Part shown: piece after piece, positions 52,735 through 64,000 of the stretch
Layout of the letters: the number at the start of each line of letters is the position of its first letter
How positions within the stretch are numbered: the stretch's first letter is position 1
The notes under the pieces: generated by a model
The model's database searches: none
What the model was told of the DNA's origin: nothing
What the model saw: only the letters and a program-made list of their open reading frames with translations
Source of the DNA: Octopus vulgaris
Lineage: Eukaryota
Assembly (NCBI GenBank): GCA_951406725.2
Contig: OX597815.1
Coordinates: forward strand, 142,104,001-142,168,000
Direction of reading: 5' to 3'
Length of the DNA stretch: 64,000 nucleotides
Program-made: the position numbers and the translations under genes

Positions 52735-53712
52735 CCCACCTAATAAACACAAAGAAGAAGAAGAAGATGATGAAGAAACAACAAAAGCTATAAAACAAAT
52801 GAAATCCAAACTAAAAATAGAACAGCAACGAGCCATGATAAAACGATGGCAAGAAAAGCCCCTTCATGGTAAATACTGCACTAAACTAAACACAAAAGAA
52901 ATAGACAAAGAAAAATCCCAGCAATGGTTGAGAAGCTCAGGACTCAAAGCAGAAACAGAGGGATTTTTAATTGCAGCACAAGACCAAAGCCTCCCCACCA
53001 GAAATTACCAAAAACATGTAATGAAAAGAAATATTACAAGTAACTGCAGAATATGTGGAGATGGACAAGAAACAATAAATCATATTATCTCTAGCTGCCC
53101 AGTCCTGGCTAAGAAGGAATATATTCACAGACATGACAGAGTTGGAACCTACATACATTGGAAGCTATGCCAACATTATGGAATAACAACAGAAAAAAGA
53201 TGGTATAGGCACACACCAGAAAAGGTCACAGAAAACGAGAAAGCAACCATACTCTGGGATATGCCGATACACACAGATAGAGAAATTAAGGCCAACAGAC
53301 CGGATGTAGTTGTCAGAGATCATGAAGAAAAAATGCTTTCTAATTGATGTATCAATACCGGCAGATGACAACGTGTCTCTAAAAGAAATGGAGAAACTCT
53401 CAAAATACAAAGACCTGGAAATAGAGATAACTAGAATGTGGAACCTGAAAACAGAAACAATTCCTATCATAGTAGGTGCATTAGGCATGATAAAAAAATA
53501 TTCAGACAAATACATAACAAAAACACCAGGACTTACAAACACATATAACATACAGAAAATTGCACTACTAGGCACTGCACACATCCTACGCAGAACACTT
53601 TCCATACAATAACCATCAGAGCATCACAACAAATAACAGCACATACCCAAGGCACACAGAGCTGCGCTCGGTAGTGAAGTGAAAGCACGCTATAAAAATA
53701 AAACTACTGAAT
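52735..53712 (+). mobile_element. Young 5'-truncated R4/Dong-like retrotransposon (CCHC plus RLE endonuclease, 3'UTR) beside (TAA)n
   Basis: WQEKPLHG; AAQDQSLPTRNY; CRICGDGQETINHIISSC; RHDRV; RPDVVV; one frameshift near 53330; LIDVSIP..K..KY; LLGTAHILRRTL*. TAA repeats lie on both sides. Confidence 0.93.
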
Positions 53713-54716
53713 AACAATAATAATAATACTATGATTCTGATTATTTTCTTTACTTTCACAAGGAAATTTAACAGATAAATCATTTCATCAATCTATCTCA
53801 TAATTAACAATAGTTTATACTGTATAACTGGTTCGTGGCATTTTTGTGTGTGTAATATATTTCCTAATTATCTTTTATATATAGAAATATTCTATTAACA
53901 TTGCTAAAAATGATTAAACCTCAATGAAACTGTGTCATTAGAATGATTAAATTTCTAAACACTTGAAACTAAATGAATGTGAACTTCTTGAATAGGGAAA
54001 AATTATTGGAAGGAAAGTAAAAGAAAATCAAGAATTACCTAGATAATATTGATTTCAGAAGTTTGTAGAAGGCCAGAAATTTTGGACGAGTGGGCAAATG
54101 GTTTATATCGATCTCAGTGCTCAACTGGTATGTCTTTTATTGACCCTGATGAGATGAAAGGCAAAGATGATCCCGGTGACACTTGAACTCAGCAATGACG
54201 CTATGCATTTTGTCCGACGCGGTAACGCTACCATCAGTTCGCCGCCTTAATTATATAGAAAATATTGAGTATTAGATAGTTGTAAAATGTACAAGCGATA
54301 AAGAAGGAAATATGCGGGGTTTAATCGCATTCAAACAACTGTGGCAAGAAGCTTGCTTCCCAACTGCATGTTACCGGGTTCAGTCCCACTGCGTGGCAGC
54401 TTGGGTCTTCTAATATATCCTGGGGCCGACCAAAGCCTTTTGAGTGGATTTGGTAGATGGAAACTGAAAGAAACATGTCATATATATATATATATATATA
54501 GTAGAAATATGTTGCGAAATGAAAATATAAAATACACGTGGAAATGTAAGGCAAAATATGAAAAATCAACGAAAATGCATATTGCAAATAGAAAAAGGCT
54601 ATTTATGACAGGTAACGACAAATATATACATCTAGATTGACTGAGGTAGTAATACGAGTCATAAAAGTCATTATTATGAGATGATTACAAGATGATAAGA
54701 AAGTAAGAGAACAAAA

Positions 54717-54756
54717 CGGACATGCATGTTTCTGGGTCCTAACCCGTCATCAGCCC
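54717..54756 (-). ncRNA. Type I hammerhead with palindromic stem III
   Basis: Minus strand G-CTGATGA-C-GGGT(TAGG)ACCC-A-GAAA-CATGCATG-TC-C; stem I is weak. Confidence 0.7.
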
Positions 54757-55834
54757 AGGATAGTGAGATATACATATATACATATGTGTATGTATATGCA
54801 TTTTTGTGTTTGTGTTTTTCCCCTCACCACCACCATCTTTCGACAAAAGATGCTGGTGCCCCAGTGTGACTACAGTCGAAAGACTACACAAGCACAAGAA
54901 AAGATAACAGATACTGACAGCAAATGTTGTTGCTAAGAATAACGTAGCATACAGCCTTCTGTAACTCAGTCTATGTCTTGTTTGCGCTATTAATTCGGGC
55001 AATGATACAAGCAAAAATTTCAGGCGTGACTAGGAATTATTTTCTTCTTTACCTTACTTTCTTTCGTTTCTCTTATTTTTTTTCTTTTTGGGAAAGGAAT
55101 TTATTACTGTCGGTGGCTAATGCAGTTTCAAATATATTTTTCAATTACTATGGATACTATCATTAAGTTGAAATATCTAATGTGTCATGCTTCAAATCTG
55201 TGTTCAAACATATTATTAGCGCGATTCGCTGGACTCGAACAATTTCGATAATTAGGAATGTGAAAATGTTGTAAAACATTTCTCTCTTTCAACTCCGACA
55301 ATTGTATATTGATACTTCCAATAGACATTCTTGTAATGCAGAAGAAATCTACTGGTCGATATGTAATTTGCTATGTCTAGTTTCGTGAGATATAATTATT
55401 TATGTGTTAAAATAACATTAATTTGTCTTACAGCCACAACTAATCTCTGTGGAGTATGTTTATGCGCAATATATCTCTTTTCTTGAGTAGTGTCATCAAC
55501 GAAAATATCAAGTCGCAAGCATTTTATTTTATTGAAATTTTCTGTCTCCAGAGCGCAGCACAGTCGTTCTCAAGGCTGCATATATAACGACTGTTGTTTA
55601 TTTATCTCTTTATTTATTCGTTTTTGCCTCGCGCAGACTGTAATTATTTATACAGCAATTTAAAATAGGAGAATATCCATATAGTGTTTTAACTTTTACG
55701 ACAGAATGCTGTTCTGATAATTTTATGGAAATTCGGTATATCGCTGTTATTTTAAAATCTACCCTGCAGTTATTCTCTATTAGATCCAAAACATACATAC
55801 ATACAAAAGTATAGAGATACAGGAAAACCAGTAA

Positions 55835-56100
55835 AATGTGACAACTGAAGCAGACTTTGTGGAGCTGACGCTGAATATATCACCCACATCATAAGCTGTT
55901 GTCCGAAAATGACATCACAATGAGACATGGAGTTGTAGCTAAGACACTCTATAATGAAATCCGCCTGAAGAATAATATAATCCCGAGAACAAAGAAATAA
56001 GATCCCAAAATATAATAGAAGACATAGCCACGCATAATAAAAAGGAAGACTGCTGTAATGTACCAATGAAGACCTCGGATGAAAGTGAAACATTAGAAGC
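55835..56100 (+). mobile_element. RLE retrotransposon fragment, same family as 130-765
   Basis: RLCGADAEYITHIISCCPKM...MRHGVVAKTLYNEI. Confidence 0.7.
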
Positions 56101-56349
56101 AAATCGAAATCTTAACCGAAAATGACGTTAAGTTGTGCGACCCGACTTCGTTTCCGAGGTTATTTTGTCTTAACAAACAGTTGTTGTGCCAAATAATACT
56201 TTATTTGGTAGTCGAACGATTACAGAATATTTTCATACCAGATACGTGAAAATCGTCCTCTCAGTTTTCTAATCCATAAGTAACATACGCACTCACGCAA
56301 CCTCACACATACACACACGCACACAAACTTTCTTTTATTATATAATATA

Positions 56350-56400
56350 GATAGATAGATATCTAGATAGACAGAAAGATAGATAGATAGATATATAGAC

Positions 56401-56477
<77 letters not shown>
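56350..56477. repeat. (TAGA)n microsatellite (others at 35185-35237 and 61300-61471)
   Basis: Direct reading. Confidence 0.97.
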
Positions 56478-57559
56478 CAGTTTACTCTTTCGTTAAGAAC
56501 GTCGAAAGAAATATACTCTCATCCAGTGGGAGATAATTATCGTTTAATGTACACAGTGTAAAATTATGTGCTACTAGTATTTTCTTGCGATGAAGGATTG
56601 TCTCCAAGCAATCTCCTTGTTCTGAGCTCATGGTCTCTTTCATTCTACTAATGTGGATAACAAAGAATAGTTGCATTTTTGAATGCTAAACCACAGAAAT
56701 AGGGAGATAAACATTTTCTTCGCATGTTAAGATTATCTCAAATTAAAGGTATAGTATTGGTTCATCCTATGTCCATGAATATACTGCATATGATCTGTAA
56801 CACCAGTCAAATTAATTTTAAAATGTATGTTATACAAAGAAATTTTAAAATATAATTGTACAAATATATGATGATTTCAAAGTTGGGCACAAGCCAGCAA
56901 CTTCGTTAGAGATATAAGTCGATTACGTCGATCCCAGTGTTGTTCTGGTACTTACTTCAACGAAACCGGAAGGATGACAGGCAAAGTCAACCTAGTCTTA
57001 ATTTGAACTCAGAACGTAAAGATGGATGAAATGCCGCTAAGCATTTGGCCTGGTGCCGTAATAAGTCTGACCTCTCGCCGCCTTCTACTAATATATTTTA
57101 ACATGTGTTATTCTATCCTAAAAGATAGCCTAAAGCGTGATGTCTAATCAAAACATATTATCAAATAGTCTCTCATAACACAGATTGTTGAAGGGATGTC
57201 TTTAATAGTCTATTCTATTCTGTATATGATAGAAACTTTCTGACAATCGACGAAAATTATGCATTACCCGACACGATACACCACACACACACTGACACTC
57301 ACACCCACTACCACTGCCATACCATATCACACCACCCACAGACAGACAAACACACCACTTATAGATACACACACACGGCACACGCATACAGAAATACAAA
57401 TATTTATATACACACATAAAAAGAAGCATATATTCACCAGAGCCATATTGACATTGGTACCAACAACAGTCTCTATGTCGCAATGCAGTCTCAATCAACG
57501 GAAACCTACCTAACCTTTGTTTTACCTGCAAAATACATTTTAATTCAGTATCGCTGGAA

Positions 57560-58250
57560 CCGCTAGAGATGACGGAGACTATTAACAAGAAAATCATTTA
57601 CAAGCTTGTTCCAAGTAAATTTACTCTTAAAATAGTATTGAATATATAATCCCTGAAACGTAACTTAGTGTGATTCAACCTTTCTATCCAATCGAGTATC
57701 ATTTATGTAACAAGAAAATGTAACCTAAAAACTCGTCACTCATTCTTTCAAGACATCTGAAGAACGATCATGCGCATTAAACAAAATATGAATAATTTGA
57801 ATGAATAACTACAACAATTTAACTACCTATACGAGAATGCAAAATTGCAAACTTTAACAACAAGTATCTATTAGATATCAATTCACATCTCTCAAAGAAG
57901 GTACGAACTTAAAATTACAAATAATATATGACGAAAACAAGACAAATGTTGATAGAAAAATTCTATAAGAATAGTTGTAAAATATAAGAGATGAGACATA
58001 AATACCCATGAGAAATTACAAGAAAAGCTTCATAACAAAGGAATAAGCTAATACAAAAGGTGACCTTTTGAAAAGAGGGGCATATCTTGAAAAAAATATC
58101 ATCTCATAAATATAAGCAAGAATAAGAATATTTGAAATGCTCGTAATCAAAAATAGGAAAAAAAAATGCAAAATTGTTGAATTTTATTCCAACTATGCAA
58201 AAACATGACAAATAATTCAAAATCAAAGGGTAACAATTTATTGTTAAATA
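57560..58250 (+). mobile_element. Highly decayed Penelope-like linker/GIY-YIG region
   Basis: KRNLV*FNLS resembles the PLE RNIIWFNPP motif and is followed by HLKNDH; A-rich coding-like composition. Confidence 0.35.
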
Positions 58251-59083
58251 CTGGTTAGAAATACCAGAATGGCCAGTCGCTTGCGTTAAAGAGCGGAAAC
58301 GATCAATGGCTATTTGAGTTCACTCAATGCTGTCTGGCAATTGATTACGACTCCAGAAATGAATGTGTAATAATCTGAACAATTGTTCAGAATTGACACG
58401 CTATTCCAGAACGCACTTGTTTACATGTATGTTAAATCAGTAGGCGTCATCATGCCAGCAATTTCGAGCCTTATTTTCAGATGACCCACTTAGACATAGT
58501 AAAAATAGAACGCGACGTTAATAACAAGGCAATTTGTAAGAATCACGCGTAATTGGACTAAATACCATGTGCATTTTAAAGAATGTGATTTGAAGATTAT
58601 CTCCAATTCTGATGTGAAGTCGGTACTAACTATCAATTAGCTATTGGACTAATTTGTTGAAGCACAGATAATTTCACTTAGGCAGCTACGTAACTTCTAC
58701 AATGTTTGTATACATAAAAGAAGTATCTTTATATGTATGTGTATGTCTGACTTTTTTAATATATAGAGAGATAGAGAGATGCATAATACGTTATAGAATA
58801 AAGAGTATAAGTGATAGACAATTAGTAGAGAATGCCAATAATTGAAGACTAATTGTCAAGAATCCTGTCATAAAATACAAACAGAAAATGCAGTTAAACA
58901 TTTGAACAACGGTTGCCTAGTGGATATTAAGCCATCTCATGTAGGCAACAATAATCTGCACATGTCCCTGGTAGTAAACTGATACGATGCTCATATATGT
59001 ATGTATGTAAGTATGTATATATGTATGTATGCATGTATGTATGTATGTATGTATGTATGTATGTATGTATGTATGTATGTATG

Positions 59084-59660
59084 TGGTAGCTGCTCTACTA
59101 AGCATGTCACTCCGTTATGTCAGATCACTTTCGAGTGCTACTGGTAACATGTAACCCGTACAACCTGTTGCATGGTCGGGTCGTCTGCGCCAAAACTGGC
59201 AACCCCACCAAGCTTGCTTGGTGAGGAGGGTTGGACACCATGCGGGATGAAAAACAAAACCCGTCAAAGGGCGGAGGAACTATTGAGAATCAACCGCCAT
59301 CCAATAAATGTCTTAAGGCTGTATCTTACGCGGGGACAGAAATAATCGGACTGAATACCCGATCGCGCGGTTAAACCACTGGGAGTGACAGACTCCTAGC
59401 CTTTGTTAGGGCATCCTTCTAGGAGAAGGTAACTCAGGTAACTGGGATAACTGTGACATAAAACCTGCGGCTCAGTGGTTACCGATGACGTTGACTTCTT
59501 CTTTTCGGATTATGGCTGTTGTTGCTTAGTTAGTGGGATTGACTCAGTGCACAGCCTTTCCTCACTTTAAAAAATCTTCTGTTACACAGGCATTGCACGA
59601 TAACAACATTGATTAAGCTTCGCGCAATGGCCATACTCGATAACGAGGGGGCAGCCACCA
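59084..59660 (+). mobile_element. ~575-bp GC-richer non-autonomous element inserted in (ATGT)n, with an RTE-5'UTR-like motif
   Basis: GGGCATCCTTCTAGGAGAAGGTAACTC resembles the RTE-clade 5'UTR motif GGCAACC.GTCTAGGAGAAGGAAAACTC. ATGT repeats lie on both sides. Confidence 0.5.
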
Positions 59661-59952
59661 TGAATGTATATATGTATGTATGTATGTATGTATATATGTA
59701 TGTATGCATGTATCTATCTATCTATCTATGCATGTATGTATGTCTATCTGCAGATTTGTAAAAATTGCTTTATGTATGTATTGTTGCATATTTAGACTTG
59801 CTCATATATATGTAAATGATAAACTTCTGGAAAGTTTGACAGATATTCAGTTCCAGTGAGGGACTGGATCTGTAGTCTTCGAATTAGCTTTCCCCGTTTT
59901 GGTTTTGAGAAGCCTAATTTCTCACGCACGAATGGTATTTAGGCAGTGTGGT

Positions 59953-60045
59953 GTATGTATGTATGTATGTATGTATGTATGTATGTATGTATGTATGTAT
60001 GTATGTATGTATGTATGCATGTATGTATGCACGTATGTATGTATA
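59953..60045. repeat. (TATG)n microsatellite (also 58995-59083)
   Basis: Direct reading. Confidence 0.97.
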
Positions 60046-61347
60046 TACCATACATTTTGCGTCACAGATTTCGGATCTAATATTAATCCATTAAGTCGAA
60101 AAATATACACGTTTTTGCAAATCGTGTGATGTCATGAATATGTGTTATGGGTAAGTTATACATATCTGTGTAGGGAGGAATTCTGGCATCAGTTTCTGAT
60201 GGAGCACACGCCTGTAATGTAAAAAACAATTGATAATCAATATCCAAAAATTTACCCAGATTGGATAGGTAGATATGTGTTTGAGAAGGTAGCGGTGTTA
60301 TGCATGAAATTTCGAAGTGTGAATTGCTGTTTATGCATGCAAGAGGAGACGCTTATTTCACTAATATTCAAAATATTTACTGTTGATCTTCATTTTAGTT
60401 TTCTGTGACACAACTATTACATTTTCTGCCCCGTCCCCTATTCATACTGGCATTAGCTATGTTGCTTCAATTTACAAGGCCCATTCTATATTGGATAAAG
60501 TTAATATATGTCATATATATATATGTGTGTTTTTGGTTCTGAACGAAGTATAGTGCTTAGTGTGTTTCTCCTTGAAGAATACTCCAGTCATTCCCATATA
60601 AGTTTTTGTTCCTTTCAATTTTTCAATGCTGTCTTTGTAACCCAGTTTTTTCCGAGATTTTGCAGGGAATAATCATTGAAGGATCCACGATTACAAGATC
60701 TTCGAGGGCTGCTTCTAGTGTTACTTTTCTTATTGTTATTCAAAATCATCGAACCTTTGTTTTTGTTGGCGGACAAAAACAAGTGAAGTTCTTAAAACTG
60801 TCATAACATATTTGCCTCAAAAATATTTTCTGTCCTGTCCACTCTCGAGCGTGTAATTTTATTTTTTTATACTTAAAAATATTTTTTGTATTAAATTGCT
60901 AACATAACATCATTGCTACAAAACATGCTGAACATTCAAGTGTGTATCATGTATTACCGATATGAAATTCCTTGTATATTTGTACTTTATTTTTTATGCA
61001 ATTTTACCCTGAAACCTAGTGAAGACATAATTTTTGACCGTGCTTTATTGATAAGAAATCTTTCTTATGCAAGTTCTTTCTCTTACAACTTAATCGTTTT
61101 AAACTTCTTTCATTTAACATCGAAAAAGAAAGAAATGTATCAAAGAAATGTATCAAATTTTAATAAACTATAAGACATTAAATGTAACTTGGACCTAAAA
61201 TGTATTTTCTAAAACACGCGCGCGCAAACACGACCATATACATGCAAACTCTCATACACACACGCATTTACATATATTTTGAAGCATATACAGATAGGAA
61301 GATAGATAGATAGATTGATTGATTGATAGATAGATAGATAGATAGAT

Positions 61348-61471
<124 letters not shown>

Positions 61472-62605
61472 TTGTCTATCAATATTTGCTTCTTCTGCGT
61501 GCATATATTTCTGAGAGTACAGTGCAGAGCAATATCTAAAGTGATATTACTTTGTCGAACAATCTTCATCAGTTGCAAATTTCCTGCTCACCGTTGCATT
61601 GAATCATCTTACACGAAACGTATCAGAGTTTATCGGAATATATGCATATTGGCGAAAACAAGCGAAGTAATCTTTTTTCATTATTTCTGCATTATCTCAG
61701 AATATTTACATATTTAACTACAAGTATATTTATACCAATATCTACGACGAAAACTAATCTTCCTCTCAGGGAACTTTACATTACAATAGAGATAACATTT
61801 CAATAATCTTCAGAAATGCTTGTCTGGTTAATGCAGATGTTCACACAAATAAATGGTAAACAAAACGAATACTTAATAGTATAAATCTATATGGAACACA
61901 TACCGGCTCTTCCGTGTATTTACATATACCTCAGCACAAAAACATATGCACAAATACAGCTAGCCATATTGAAAGACAATCCTGCAAGTATTAAAGCAAG
62001 CACACACATATAAACATGAAGACATACATGAAGATACACACACAAACAACCAAATGGTTATATAATCAGTGACAGACAGATGTGTACGTGTGTATGTGTC
62101 ACTGAGTGTTATGATCCTGTACTCAAATCTAAGAAGACCTAAACATAGCGAAATGTATAGTTGTATAAATATAATATTTTTTATCATGGTATATGCAAAA
62201 AAACACGAATCGCCATGTTATGGAATTAAAGATACATCTTTGGTTAAATATTACTCCCAAACAAACACACATTCAAGCACACACATAGTGACACATGTGC
62301 ATATGTATGTTTATACTTATATATGCATATTCATGATATACACCAGCGCAAATACACATGCATGTACACACGTCGTGCGTGTGTGTGTTTGTGTTTGTCC
62401 CCCGACATGGCTTCTCAACCGATGCTGGTGTGTTTAACTCCCCGTAACTTAGCGGTTCGGCAAAGGAGGCTGATAGAATAAGTACAAGGCTTACAAAGAA
62501 TAAGTCCTAGGGTCGATTTGCTCGACTACAGATTTTGCTCTAGCATGGCCACAGTCAAATAAATGACTGGATCAAGTAAAAGAAAAGAATAAAAGAATAT
62601 ATATA

Positions 62606-62646
<41 letters not shown>

Positions 62647-62659
62647 TTACATATATATG

Positions 62660-63080
62660 TATGTATAGGACGCCACAAAACGTAAACAACATGAAATACG
62701 AAAATAACTTTGGGTATGCAAAGAACAAGAGAAACAAATGGAAAACAAGTCAAGTAACATAAAAAACGACCCGTGATCAGTTGTTGGGTTTCTTTCTACT
62801 CCTTATTTTAAATAATGAACAAGATAAATCTTTGAAGGCAGTTACTCCCACGAACCAAAATAAAATTCGGGATTTGCGAAGGTTCAAAGTTTGTAACCAA
62901 AAAGCGGAAATACAACAAAACAAACGAAACGAATACGAACAGTGAGGGCCGTTAGGCTCAGACGAGATAATGTAGGGACTGGTGGAAGAAAATTCTTTGA
63001 TAAGAGAAAAGATAGGAGAGGAGACAGATAGGAATGCGTCTGGACTGCACAACAAACTGAAGGAAAAGAAAGGTGATCGT
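62660..63080 (-). mobile_element. Probable PLE pLTR-like interspersed repeat between (TA)n tracts
   Basis: Complex sequence bounded by TA/CA repeats, with only a mutated CTGATCA core at ~62775. Confidence 0.3.
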
Positions 63081-63108
63081 GTGTATACATGCTTGTGCAC
63101 ATATATAT

Positions 63109-63155
<47 letters not shown>

Positions 63156-64000
63156 GGTGCTTACAGTTATCAAGTACTTACCTGGAATTTTCTGTATATG
63201 CATATACATATATATATATACACATACATACATATATATATACATGCTTGTGCATATATATATATATATATCTACATATATATATACATTCACAAGTACC
63301 GTGTGTGTGCGTGCGTGCGTGTCTTTGTGTATGCAGACATATACAGAATGTGGGCGATGCATTCAACCGAGTCGTTCCACTAGTATCTGATTCCTGAAGT
63401 GCTACAATTCAGTTTATATACCTATGTTTTCTAGATTGCTGACATTTATTAATGGCATTTCCCATTGAGTTGATGTGACATTTTCTATCATTAATAAAAC
63501 TGTTATCATTTTTGTCGACACAGGTATGTTAGTTATAGATAACAGCAGTGATATAGCCTAAGTCCTGTTTATTCGGTATTTAAAGTGATATGTTTTGTAT
63601 TAAGAAACTTTTTATATAAATTTAATCGCTTATATCTATATCACAAATGTTGAAACCGCTTATAGTGTTATCAAGAAAATAATACATATCATGTCTTATA
63701 TTGTTTCAACAATTTACTAAGAAACATATCCTCTTAGAACAATTAGAATGTAACATACCCAAAATAGAATGGATTTACCTATAGTATATATATTTGAATA
63801 GAAAAACAAATTAGTACTCAATTTGAGCCTTTCATTTTTGCCGTGGATACAGTGATTGCCGACAAAAGAATATTAACATGAATGCTATCATAATTCAAAA
63901 AACAGTGACGTTAAAATTATTCTATTACACCACTGTTTTGGCTAAACGTCGCCTTTCCTACACACTGAAAAATGATTATAAATGAATAGTTTAAATTCAA

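Noticed and set aside
61528-61578. Minus-strand GCAA-CTGATGA...GACA..TTGC
   Set aside because: GAAA is mutated and the spacing is wrong.
63435-63523. Apparent exon with AG and GTATGT splice signals
   Set aside because: Stops in all three frames and no other support; could only be non-coding.

Overview
AT-rich, microsatellite-dense eukaryotic DNA with no recognisable host protein-coding exon. The SINE families, GC-rich expanded rDNA and repeat landscape point to a cephalopod, probably an octopus (inference). The window is essentially a mosaic of mobile-element remnants. It holds tRNA-headed SINEs of three families, R4/Dong-like and HERO-like RLE retrotransposon fragments, a CR1/L2-group LINE, L1/Tx1-like scraps, a Helitron helicase with its 3' end, a DD41D Tc1/mariner, a 185-bp solo LTR and two Penelope-like (PLE) GIY-YIG remnants. 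Three hidden structures stand out. (1) About a dozen type-I hammerhead ribozyme motifs from several unrelated families lie on both strands, mostly in PLE pseudo-LTR-like sequence beside (TA)n. (2) A ~2.2-kb near-perfect palindrome (21336-23554) has a 3-nt loop and a hammerhead at each outer end, and two further inverted pLTR pairs occur, one carrying a tRNA-like head upstream of the ribozyme. (3) A ~2.1-kb collapsed rDNA unit fuses 5'ETS-like sequence, an internally deleted 18S and 28S D2-D3. Most ORFs in the supplied track are microsatellite artefacts. All calls were made by eye, and boundaries of degraded elements are approximate.
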